This document shows, in pieces, positions 34,225 to 45,199 of a stretch of DNA of 64,000 nucleotides. Source of the stretch: Paramoeba atlantica (Eukaryota > Protista > Discosea); assembly GCA_977017575.1 (NCBI GenBank), contig CDRNVI010000079.1:43746-107745 (forward strand). Direction: 5' to 3'. Every line of letters begins with the position of its first letter. Within the stretch, counting starts at the first letter, position 1. The position numbers and the translations under genes were made by a program. The notes beneath the pieces were generated by a model. That model worked only from the letters and a program-made list of their open reading frames with translations. It was not told where the DNA came from and did no database searches.

Positions 34225-34537
34225 ACACTGTGGGCGTGGGTTCAAACCCCACTCTCGTCATTTTCCGAAAGATTGTCCTCCTCACCTCGCAAAGATGAAA
34301 TGCGTAGGGAGAGGCATGAGAAGCATTCATGCAGGGCAAAGCGTGAAAGTGTCGGTCGTTACGCGCATGGCCCTAAATTGGGCGATGTGGCAAGTTGGGC
34401 GATGTAAGTTTGGGCGATGTAAGTTGGGCGATGTAGTTTGAATGAGTACTCCAAATTCCAAAGGAAATTTTCAATCCAGAGGATTTTAATCCAAAGGAAC
34501 TTTTAGTTTTCTGTATGTACTCATCGAAACTACCTCT
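33851..34537. repeat. 21-bp inverted repeat pair enclosing tRNA-Leu
   Basis: AGAGGTCGTTTCGATGAGTAC ... GTACTCATCGAAACTACCTCT (1 mismatch); the core matches the TIR of the Merlin element at 47807-50377. Confidence 0.7.
34178..34260 (+). tRNA. trnL: tRNA-Leu (UAG)
   Basis: GGCGAGA/TCTCGTC acceptor stem, TGGCCGAGTGG A-box, CCAGA-TTTAGGC-TCTGG anticodon arm, long variable arm, GGTTCAAACC, T-run after. Confidence 0.95.
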
Positions 34538-35751
34538 GCCTATGGTTTCAAGTTTCAAGTTTTATCCAGCGCGTGCCCCTTGCGAACTTCGCATTGCTGC
34601 TTTGAATGTGTTTAATCATGCACTTATCCTGCAGAGATTTTGCCTCACAGAGTCCTTACCCGCACACGACGGGTGGATCACGTGAGGATTTGCCCTCGCT
34701 GGAGGAGAATGGGTGCGAGAGCTGGGGTCCCAGGTTGCAGAGTTCTGTTGTCTTGTGCAGGTGCAGAGAGCCGGATGCGTAATCCCCGTATTACAGTTTC
34801 GGGGGTAATCCGGGTGCAGAGAGCTGGGACAGAGCCGAGGTGGGGAGATTTGGGTGAGAGCCTAAACGCGGGAAGCGAGGAACACGTCTAGTGGTCCTCA
34901 AGGGAAGTTACCGTGACGCCTAGCTCTCCCGGAGAGGTAAGGATTGAGAGGAAAGAAGCCGAGAGAGGAAGCACTCACTCCAGGGGAGTGAGTCGGGGAG
35001 GGGTGAAGGGATAAAGGCGCGTCCCCTCCTTCAGCGAGGGACAGTTTCTGACAAGCTTGTCAACAACACCTCGACGGTAACAGTTCAGGAAAAACGGCAG
35101 CGCACTGAACTCACTATATTCGAGAAACGAGAAATTTGTAGATTTCAAAGTTCTATAAAACAAATCGGCTTGGGGACAACGAAAATCCAGAAGTTCGTTG
35201 AGAACTCAACGAAGTGCCCGAATTTCGTTGAGTACCCAACGAACGGGATTTGGATCTGCTTTGAAACTACGGAATGGGGAGAAGAAAAGGATAAGGGCTG
35301 GATCCCAGAACCTGGGATCTGCAAGACCGTAGCGGAAGGAGGAAATCGTCCATCTGAATCCAAGATTGCCTCAAAAAAGTCATTCCGGGTACGTCCCGGG
35401 TTCGTTGTGTCCTCAACGAGTGTTTTGTTGAATACACAATCCTGCGGAAGTGGCAGACATAGGTTCTCAGTGCGCGACCCGCGCGCTGGAGCGCGTGGGT
35501 CGCCAAAAAATATCATTCTGTCCCAGGGCTACGCTCACAGTTGGGCCTTGCTCGCGAGACCACCTGAGATCATGTGAGACCTCTCCAGAGTGGATTTGGC
35601 TCGGGAGGGTTGTTGGATGACCTCAGAACGAGGTCACGCGAGATCGTACTCGCAACCCCTCAATAGTTGGGGGCTGATTTTGAGGAGCTACGGGTGAAAT
35701 CTCGCCACCCGCAGTCCAGCCTGGTTCAGCTAAACCAAAGAAGTGCAAAAA

Positions 35752-35825
35752 TGCTCCCGGCAGGGATCGAACCTGCGACCTTGGGCTTATTAGACCCACG
35801 CTCTAACCATCTGAGCTACGAGAGC
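35752..35825 (-). tRNA. trnI: tRNA-Ile (AAU)
   Basis: Full cloverleaf on the minus strand; anticodon loop CTAATAA. Confidence 0.95.
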
Positions 35826-35908
35826 ACACGTCGTGTTCGGTGATCTTCTAGGACAACTGAGATTAATGTCATGGATTGCATATCTGTCCGCTCGACGCGT
35901 AGCGTAGC

Positions 35909-35980
35909 GGTCGCGTGGCTCAATGGTAGAGCGTCTGACTACGGATCAGGCGGTTGCAGGTTCGATCCCTGTCGCGATCA
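35909..35980 (+). tRNA. trnR: tRNA-Arg (ACG)
   Basis: Full cloverleaf; loop CTACGGA; TTTT terminator. Confidence 0.95.
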
Positions 35981-36004
35981 TTTTGTCGACGTGAGTTCGA
36001 CAAA

Positions 36005-36076
36005 AGGACGCACCCGGGTTTGAACCAGGGACCTCTCGATCTGCAGTCGAATGCTCTACCACTGAGCTATGCGTCC
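36005..36076 (-). tRNA. trnC: tRNA-Cys (GCA)
   Basis: Full cloverleaf on the minus strand; loop CTGCAGA. Confidence 0.95.
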
Positions 36077-36168
36077 ACGCGCCCAGCACCTGAGGAACTT
36101 CTATTTTGACGCACACGGATTTTTTACCTAGCGGCGCACAGCTTGGATGCCGTACCTCGCGTGCGGTC

Positions 36169-36319
36169 ATACCTTCTCGGCCGTAAGGCTAAGATCAAGT
36201 GTAATTTCTGTTCTTGTCAGCTTAGTATCTGATATCAGCCTCCGGGCTGAAGATCTAGCTAATCTCCTGCGGCGGTCAGGTTCCCGATTTGCATTGCTCG
36301 GGAGCTTGGCCGCTGCTCT
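36169..36319 (+). ncRNA. U2: U2 snRNA, short kinetoplastid-like form (~150 nt)
   Basis: ATACCTTCTCGGCC-GTAA-GGCTAAGATCAAGTGTA..CTGTTCTT, stems IIa and IIb, long terminal stem with a TTGCA loop; no stem-loop III; 3' end approximate. Confidence 0.92.
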
Positions 36320-36691
36320 GCGTTACTACCGGATACCCCCACTGTAAGAGAATGGGTTTTGGGTCGAAATGGACAAATCTCTCATACTGGTGGGGATATG
36401 CTTTTTTGTCCAGTTTCCTGTTTTCTCCCAACTTTTTTGACTATTTTTTTGTATTTTTGCTTCGGAAAACGTGTTAAAAGTTTTAACACGTTAGTTATCA
36501 CTTGTAAAGTGAAAAAAACTTATAGTTTTATAGTAAAATATAAACCACCGTCCGGGTTATTATACCTAGGAGGTATAATAAGTGTCCCTAGGTATAATAA
36601 CTTTTCTTTGCGAAAAAGGGTAAAAAAAAATTCGCGCCGCTTCGCGGCGCGTACGTCTTTACATTGCCCACAAACTCGCATGATACATTGG

Positions 36692-38314
36692 CTAGTTTTC
36701 CTCTTGTGCCTGTGAAAAATAATCATGAGTTGTACTTCGAAAACGTGCTTGAGTGGGGTGAGGCGCGGGGGTAACTTCGTTTTCTGTAGCTTCGGGGGTG
36801 AAAGAATATGAAATGCCACGAATATGAATGTTTTCGTGGTTGCTATACCCCAACTGGTTAAAATTCTTGACAATATCAATTTCATATAGGGTTTCTTGGT
36901 GGGCTTCACCCATCCAACGCAACATAAGTTCTGCACCTGCCTTTGATGCGATCTTTCTGTGCCCCTGTTGTAACCAGGGTTGATAATGATTTACGGAGTA
37001 CTCATGACGAAATCTAGCAGCGTAGCTTACATCAATGGCCTGGAGAAATTGTGTCATGCCACCGGGTATGACCCCCAATAACATAAATTCACCCATTCTA
37101 TTATTCGCAAGATCGGTCAAATGTCCTCTGGCGCTATCAAATATACTCAAGCATACTTCATCATTAGACAAAAGTGGAGCAATTGGACTCTTCATGAAAG
37201 GTATCACGTGCTTGGCCATCAGAGATCCAGTAACGACACCCGTTGGACTCTCGAGGACTTGCCATCCGAACGGGTTGCTCACAGTCCAAGGTTTTTTCGC
37301 AGAACGTCGCAGAAGAACAGTACAACGTATTGGCAAAGGAGAATACCCAGCTCCTCGTTTGATGACCGCAACTGAGGCGATGAAAGAACAGCAACGCCTA
37401 TCTCAATTGGGGTCCTCCGAAACCATGACGTTCGTGGTTCCGCGTTCGGAGAGCGTTGAATTGGAGTTCATGCTTCCGCTAAATGAAAAGGGTATTTCAT
37501 CAAAGTTGATGATTATGGCAATGCACCGAGATAGACGAATAGAATATAGAAACTGATGAAACCCTTGAATACAAGCTACGATCTGTTCGTGTGTTTTGGT
37601 GGTTCGTCTTTGAACAGACCGCAATGCAATACTGTGTCGTTTCTTCCACTTTGAAAACCATTTTCTGGTTACAGATTCGCCTTTCAGTGTTCGAGCTTTG
37701 AGCTTTGTAGTGGCAACTGAAACGCGGAGGTTTTGCGCTGGAAGACTAGAGAACCATCTATAAAGCTCAGATCCAACATCGTCTTCTCCAACGTTTTCCC
37801 CTCTTAATCTTTTACGACATCCGTCGCCACGGGATGAATTCTCTGTTTGACGTTTCCAGCTTTGTAGTTGCGAGCGACCGGATAAAAAGACTCGACCTCG
37901 TGTAGTAAGGTACAACTCTCGCTGTAGTTTGGAAAACCACTCTGTCTCGCCTTGTAGTGAACCTAGCAAGCGCATGGCAGTTCGCTTGTCCTTCATTGAT
38001 ATGTCCGTACGTCTTTGCTTCCCTGCTGGTGATTTTCCCGCGACGGAAGCATTTTTGTTTTGACAATTTTTTAACCGTGCACAGGATTCAAGAAGATTGG
38101 CCCTTTCGACGCCAGACAAAATTTCTGAATTTTCCTCTTCCTCTTGAAATATATTAGAGAAATTTACTTCTTCGAGATCAAGGTCATTTTCGTTGTCGGG
38201 TGATTCATTCCCTCCATCGCCGAACTCTTCGTTCGTGGTATCGGATTCATTGGTATCGCTTGTTTCTGTTTCTCGGTTGCCAGAAATATTATGGAGGGTA
38301 TCCTCGTAGCACAT
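36692..38314 (-). pseudogene. pogo-family transposase (CENP-B-type HTH + DDE_1) with one in-frame TGA
   Basis: KWFSKWKKRH, INFDEIP, IFDSARGH, IPGGMTQFLQAIDV; ORFs 37403-38314 and 36692-37336 share a frame, separated by TGA at 37403-05. Confidence 0.85.
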
Positions 38315-38596
38315 GTATTAAATGTATGTTCAAATATATACGTATTCGATGTTTGATCAGAGGTAGGGGGGGGGGGTATAATAAGGACCCTAGGGACACT
38401 TATTGCGGTGGTTGTAAAACTACCGCTCTACACTCGATTATTGAAAGAAAAGTGAACAAAAACAGTGAAAATATAAAGGGGAACACAGTAATATAATAGA
38501 AGAAAAAAATATAAAAGGGGGCTCCGGTGGTCCAAAACTGAAAAAAAAAATTGAAAAAAATGGGGGTCCAGGGGGGCCCACTCGCACATTGATAAT

Positions 38597-39524
38597 TTTC
38601 TTTTTTAGGCTCTTCGTTAAACGCGGTGGTTGCTTTCAACTTAGAAGTCACTCATGCTGCGCGCTTCGCGTTGAAAACTACCGCCGCGTTTAACGAAGAG
38701 CCTAAAAAAGAAAATTTAGCCTGGAAAACGGAAAGATTATAGCCAAAAATAGCCGAATTTCGGGTACAAATGGGGTCATTTTCGCATATTTTTGCTCTCA
38801 GAGCACTAAATCCGACATTTGCGCGTGGGAAATCACTCGCAGGCATGAATGAAAGCCTACCGAACGTATTGGGTAGAGAATACGACTCCAACCATACCAT
38901 TCTTTCGACACAAAAATGCCCCTTTAGGTCCGAAAAATACTTTTTCACCTTTTTTAGTCAAAAGTGGGTCATTTTGGGGGGCGCACCACAGTTCGAAGAA
39001 GTGATACCTTGCGAAAACAACTGCGTAGAAATCTAGTGTAGGTCCCAAACTATCAAAATACAATAGGGGAAACGATTTTGGAAAAATATTTTTTTTGTCA
39101 TCTTTTCCGCCAAGTTGAATTTTTTTTCGAAAAAATTTTTCCGAAAAAATCCGAACTTGGCGGACCCGTCCTGCGGATACGCGGGGGGGTCACCCCCGGG
39201 TAGGGGGGTGGAAAATGCGCGCCAAGACCCCGGCTACCCTTTCTGCGGTTTTTTTTCGAAAACTAATTTTTTCGAAAAAATTTGATCGACCATGCCCCCC
39301 CCCCCTGGACCCCCCCCCTGGACCCCCCCCTGGACCCCCCCCATGGACCCCCCCCATGGACCCCCCATTTTTTTCAAAAAAATTTTTCAGTTTTGGACCA
39401 CCGGAGCCCCCTTTTATATTTTTTTCTTCTATTATATTACTGTGTTCCTCTTTATATTTTCACTGTTTTTGTTCACTTTTTTTTCAATAATCGAGTGTAG
39501 AGCGGTAGTTTTACAACCACCGCA
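38597..39524 (-). mobile_element. R1 copy in reverse orientation inside a minisatellite unit
   Basis: Removal restores GCACATTGATAATGCAT; AT on both flanks. Confidence 0.8.
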
Positions 39525-39825
39525 ATGCATAGTTACTGCACATTGATAATGCATAACGTGCCGCACATTGATAATGCATATAGCACATTGATATTGATAT
39601 TGCATAGTTACTGCACATTGATAATGCATAACATGCCGCACATTGATAATGCATATAGCACATTGATAGTGCATACTAAGCGGCACATTGATATTGCATA
39701 GTTACTGCACATTGATAATGCATATAGCACATTGATAATGCATATAGCACATTGATATTGCATACAGCACATTGATAATGCATACAGCACATTGATAATG
39801 CATACAGCACATTGACGATGCATTA
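39525..39825. repeat. ~20-bp minisatellite GCACATTGATAATGCATATA (IS30-family subterminal array)
   Basis: About 14 degenerate units, preceded at 38578 by CCACTCGCAC and followed by the hairpin module, the same order as in the intact IS30 element. Confidence 0.8.
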
Positions 39826-42271
39826 TTTGGAAATTAAAGGTGTTTTCAAGAAATAGTGAACACTCGTCTCTGCTCCCGGTGAGGCCCCGGAGTTGCGAGA
39901 GGCCTCCATACCCCACAACTACCACCTTCCCCCCCTATTTAGCGGGGGTCGCGCGAGCGACCCCTGATAAATGGGGGGAAGGTGGTAGTTGTTTTGGGGA
40001 AAATGAGAGGCTGAACGCACGGAGGGGCCGGCCGGGCCACTGAGTCACGTGAAAGTGTGACACCCAAAAACTAAACCTAGGTCTTGTTTACCCGTCTGCA
40101 CAACAGAACCGTAAATGGCACGTAAAGATGGTTGGCCGAGGTACCCAATAAATTCACCTTTGCTCCCGGTGAGGCCCCGGAGTTGCGTGAAGGCCTCCAT
40201 ACCCCACAACTACCACCTTCCCCCCCTAATTTAGCGGGGGTCGCGCGAGTCCAGGGGGGGGTCCAGGGGGGGGTCCAGGGGGGGGGGATGGTCGATCAAA
40301 TTTTTTCGAAAAAATTAGTTTTCGAAAAAAACCGCAGAAAGGGTAGCCGGGGTCTTGGCGCGCATTTTCCACCCCCCTACCCGGGGGTGACCCCCCCGCG
40401 TATCCGCAGGGCGGGTCCGCCAAGTTCGGATTTTTTCGGAAAAAAATTTTTGAAAAAAATTTCAACTTGGCGAAAAAAATAACAAAAAAAATATTTTTCC
40501 AAAATCGTTTCCCCTATTGTATCTTGATAGTTTTGGGATCTACACTAGCTTTCTACGCAGTTGTTTTCGCAAGGTATCACTTCTTCGAACTGTGGTGCGC
40601 CCCCCCAAAATGACCCATTTTTGACTAAAAAAGGTGAAAAAGTATTTTTCGGACCTAAAGGGGCATTTTTATGTCGAAAGAATGGTATGGTTGGAGTCGT
40701 ATTCTCTACCCAATACGTTCGGTAGGCTTCCATTCATGCCTACGAGTGATTTCCCACGCGCAAATGTCGGATTTAGTGCTCTGAGAGCAAAAATATGCGA
40801 AAATGACCCCATTTGTACCCGAAATTCGGCTATTTTTGGCTATAATCTTTCCGTTTTCCAGGCTAAATTTTCTTTTTTAGGCTCTTCGTTAAACGCGGCG
40901 GTAGTTTTCAACGCGAAGCGCGCAGCATGAGTGACTTCTAAGTTGAAAGCAACCACCGCGTTTAACGAAGAGCCTAAAAAAGAAAATTTTTATACCTAGG
41001 AGGTACAATAGGTGTCCCTAGGTATAATAACCCGGACTGTGGTTTAGTACTATATAGTAACTATATTCAATGAAAAAAACTATATTTTACTATATTGAGG
41101 GAGATACGGAGTACCTCGCTTACTAAGGTTAATTCCAAAACTTGAAAATGCCCCTCAAAGAAGCGAGAGATCGAGTTTTTTCAAAATTTTAAAACGTAGC
41201 AGTAGCTCATTAGATGAACTCTTTAATGCTCGAAAAATCATCTACAACGACCTCATTTCTCAAATTGTAGAACACTTTTGGTAAAAAAAAGTGCGTCTGC
41301 AAAGGTCTGCGATACGACAAACTGGTTGACTAAGGAGAGTCCTTTGAGAGGGTTGAAACATCCCCAGCCGCACCCACCCGCACCCAGTGCATCTTCAACG
41401 GCAAAGACTTAGCGAAATTTGGGAGATCCAGAAGGAACCCCGAAGGTTCGGGGTAATACTCCCCGAGAGGGATGACTTTTTTTTCAGTCAATTTGTACGT
41501 GTGCTTCACCATACGCGTTTTTTTGCAGAATGCAACCCAAAAGAAAGTGCGAACTGTGCAAACTAAAAACCTTTCACAAAATGAATACATGTATATCCCT
41601 TATATCCTTACATTGACATATAAAATTTAAGAAAATAATTTGGCGTTGTCCTTTTTTTCCCGCGCAAGATCCTTCTTTCTCTGCTTTGACTTCATTTGCT
41701 TCAAAGCGCTCTCCTCAGCTCGCTTCTGACGCATCTCTGCCTGCGTCAACTTTCTGTACGTCTTACTTCCTTTGCGTCCGTGAGCAGGGCTTTTTCCAAT
41801 TTTTGTGACACCAGTGCGCTGTAAATTTTGTTTTACCTCTTCTCGGTACTCTCGTATAGCATCTTTATCTTTTTTGTCACCTTTCTGAAAATGACAAGAG
41901 CAAAAGTCTCGAGAAGCCCATTCTCTAACGACGGAATGCGTGGAATCCAAAGATTCTACGGAGTCGTCGTACAGTGTTACCTGGTGAACTTTCCAGTGCG
42001 TACACTCTGCATTCCAGAGCAACCCGAAAGCAGATCTTGCAAAATCTTTCCGATGCTGATTATAGTGCGGCAACTTGTGCTGATCCATATGGGCAAAAAA
42101 CCTTTCTACACGGTTTCTTATCCGGCGAAACTCCATATCAAATGTTTCGTCAATTGCAGGACCAACTTCTTGGCAAAAGCAATGACGGTTATCGATATAT
42201 GCCTTGTCTGCTATTATCATTACGGGTAGGGGGGACCTTCGATGAGTACTCATCGAAAGTCTACAACTTTC

Positions 42272-42385
42272 CGTGAGTCTCATCGAAAGTTGTAAACTTT
42301 CCGTGAGTCTCATCGAAAGTTGTAAACTTTCCGTGAGTCTCATCGAAAGTTGTAAACTTTCCGTGAGTCTCATCGAAAGTTGTAA
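42272..42385. repeat. 30-bp tandem repeat x3.8 at the CRE/Merlin-end junction
   Basis: CGTGAGTCTCATCGAAAGTTGTAAACTTTC; present once at 47855-47884. Confidence 0.9.
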
Positions 42386-44908
42386 CATACCGTGGTATGT
42401 AGTATTGCTGTGTCAAGTTCTTCGCATAGCTCATGGACGGAATTGGTGGGTGTGGTTCTAAGAGAATATGCCATTTGACTGAAACCAGCACATTGTCGGA
42501 TGAGTGCGAGGGAAACTTGCGGGTCTTCCATGTATTCGATCGCGGCTAAGGATTCTTCAGCAGGCAACAGGGTGTGTTCACGGAGAAATTCTGTGCAGAA
42601 ATCAGTCGTTCCTACAGGGCTACCTAAAATCGAAAAATTTCCCTCGCTTGTCTTTTTAGTCGTCGGGATGTTGTCGAATCTGTCCAGGTGTTCGGCGGAT
42701 TCAGGATGTGTGATGGATCGCCTCGCACTTGTTGGCGTTTAGGAAGATGCCCCACTGTGGGCCGACTCGTTCGATGATGTCTAAAGCTCGTCTGACGTCT
42801 TGAGCCTTCCCCCCGAGAATGCCGTCATCCAAATACCACAGATTAAGCTTAAGAAGACCAGGAAGTTGTCGATCTATCTCGGTAGTAACCAGTTGCATGA
42901 CGAGGGAAAAAAGTAAAGGACCCAACGGATCCCCTTGTTGCACACCCTCCTTTGAAGAAATCTGACGGAAACCGTAAGTGAGAATACTCTCGGTGGTGTA
43001 ACACCATTCAGCCCACGGGGAGAGCTCCGGGAAGTGCTCCCTCGTAAGTGCAGCAAAGGCAGTTCTTGAGATGTTGTTAAAGGCATTTCGCAGATCCACT
43101 TTACATAGCGTGAAATCAGAACTTCCCGCCTGAGAGGCCATCACGTGCCTACACAGGTGCATCAGGCGTTCGGCCCCTGCAGGTGTTGCGACTCCGTATT
43201 GATGAGGCCAGAGTAGTTTGCTTGCCTTTTTCTTTACTGCGGAGCAGGCCGCTTTGCTCACAAGTCGCCTTATTGTTTCGCCAGCAGCAATAGGACGGAC
43301 ATCATTTTCTCCCTTTTCTAAGGCACATAGTCTGGCGCCGCCGAAGAACTTCTGGACTTGGAGACAACCTTTCCCGGACAGCAAGAGGTTCATGACTTCC
43401 TTGAGATAGAAAAGCGGCTGTACCTTGTCATCAGGGTGTGCTGCTAAGGCGCTCTGGAGATGCTCAGGGCGGAGGCCCATGGTGCCAGCCGATGTTCCGC
43501 GCCGGAAACTGCGTAGTGCCTTTTCAACTTCGCCTTCGGATAGATGTAATGGCTCTCCTTCTATGGGTCGGAATGTGACGGAAGATGATAAAGGCAATCT
43601 ACCTGGGTGCTTCGATTGGAGCTTTTCGTAAGTTTCTTCGGATTCAGGTGCCATCGGTGCTGCTGTAAGAGCTGCCATCGCACGGGAAAATTCCCCTTGT
43701 CTGGCCAGCAACTCGGCTCGTTTCGCCGCCTTGCCGGACTCGTCCACTTCCTCATCGTCGTTCCTCTCCCGCTTCTTTACCATTTGCGCAACAGATTCGT
43801 TCCACAGTGCCGCGTATTCCCTGGATTCCCAGCGATCCATGCGTTGGCTCGTTTTCGTGGTATAGGACGAATTTCCTTTTCGTCCCCCTCTTTTGGGCGC
43901 GGGCAGGACACATTTTGGGAGCATCGCTAAGCGTGTCCAGGCCTCAACCGAGTTCTCTCTAACCACTGCAGCCATTGTTTGAGTCAAAACGTAGGCCCAC
44001 TGTTGTCTGCATCGGAATGGTACATCTTTGCATGTGTTGATGGCGTAAGAGCAGACACAATCAAGAGACGGGAGCGAATCCTTGTAAATTTGGGAAATGG
44101 AAGCCTCTTCGGTTTCTGGCTCACATGTTAGCGACGAGGTGTAAGAGCCCAAGGAGTCTTGACATTTTTCCTCATGGGAAGCTTTTTTATTGTGATCATA
44201 GTGCTTGCCGCATGAGGGGCATAAGAAACATCCTTCTTTTTCCCACCATTCCGAAGGCACAGTATCGCTATGTTGGCTTGCGACGTGATGGTAGTAGGCC
44301 TGCCACTTCCCTCCGTGTGATGCGGTGCTCCAGTTGCACACTTCGACTGGACAGGTGCGACGTCTCATTGTGTCTCGTCTAGCTGGTTGGCGAGTCTTGG
44401 AATCTTTACTAACCCCTCTCTCGAAAATTTTGGGCGTCGACTTTTGGCTAGAAAGAGGGCTTTTTCGTGGGAGAAGCCTCGCTGTGGCCATGGAATGTGG
44501 CTCGTACCGCTCTGGGGTTTGGCTTGTTACTTCTTGACCTTTGCCAGACGTATTGGGGGCACAGTCTCTTGATACGCTGGAATGATTTCTCTCTTCGTCT
44601 GTGTCAATCATCCCCGTGTCAGGTGTCTGCTTCTCTCGGTGCAAAGATTGTAGTGCCGTTTCCATTTTGTCTTGCCAGGCCGGTGTAATATTTTCTGGTA
44701 TGGGCGTCGTGTAGAGGGATTCATCGTATGTACTAGTTGCAGCGATAAGATGCTGATTACCCTCAAACTGGTCCCAGGATCCTGGCGTGTGTGTTTTCTC
44801 CTCTTGGGCAAAAAGGTCATCTTCTCGTATCGTCGTCGAGCCGCATGAATCAGCCTACCTCATTGTCCGGATAAAAGAAATAGGGAAAGAAAAATAAGTC
44901 AAATTTTT
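42386..44908 (-). mobile_element. CRE/SLACS-type non-LTR retrotransposon, copy A (5' end present, 3' truncated)
   Basis: N-terminal Cys/His fingers (CPVEVC..HVASQH; CPSCGKH), RPIAAGETIRR, HQYGV, VDLRNAFN, GVQQGDPLGPLLF, WYLDDG; frameshift near 42701; no endonuclease domain. Confidence 0.9.
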
Positions 44909-44948
44909 CAACAAGGTACAGAAACTGTATCTTTATCGTTAAACAGTT
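44909..44948 (-). ncRNA. Spliced-leader exon-like sequence (40 nt), no GT donor after it
   Basis: AACTGTTTAACGATAAAGATACAGTTTCTGTACCTTGTTG: AACT start, ACAGTTTCTGTAC core and TTG end, as in kinetoplastid and diplonemid SL exons. Confidence 0.65.
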
Positions 44949-45199
44949 TTTTAAAGTTTTTTTTTTTTTTTAAGGCCCAATTACATTTCCAAGTTTTTTT
45001 TTTGGGGGGGGAGAAGTATAAAACGCGGCATTGCCTCTATATTTTTACTCAGTAGACGAACCAAGTAGGTCCATTGGGGGGGGTATATGATTCGTAAGCA
45101 AGCAATCAAATTAGCAATTTCACATGTTGTAGCCCAAAACTAATAATTCAACCTGCCTTAAGTTACAGTATTTATGATTTTGATAACAATAATAATAAA

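Larger units (their letters stand above)
38404..40985 (+). mobile_element. R1 copy split by an IS30-family non-autonomous segment (38578-~40248)
   Basis: 38404-38577 plus ~40250-40985 reconstitute the 3350-4027 sequence; AT at both outer flanks. Confidence 0.75.
36543..41044 (-). mobile_element. pogo/Tigger-like element with TA TSD, expanded by nested insertions (38404-40985)
   Basis: TA|AACCACCGTCCGGGTTATTATACCTAGG ... CCTAGGTATAATAACCCGGACTGTGGTT|TA. Confidence 0.8.

Noticed and set aside
38402-39526. Apparent Mutator/foldback element with ~170-bp TIRs
   Set aside because: It resolves into two independent R1 copies in opposite orientation separated by an IS30-type end; there is no TSD.
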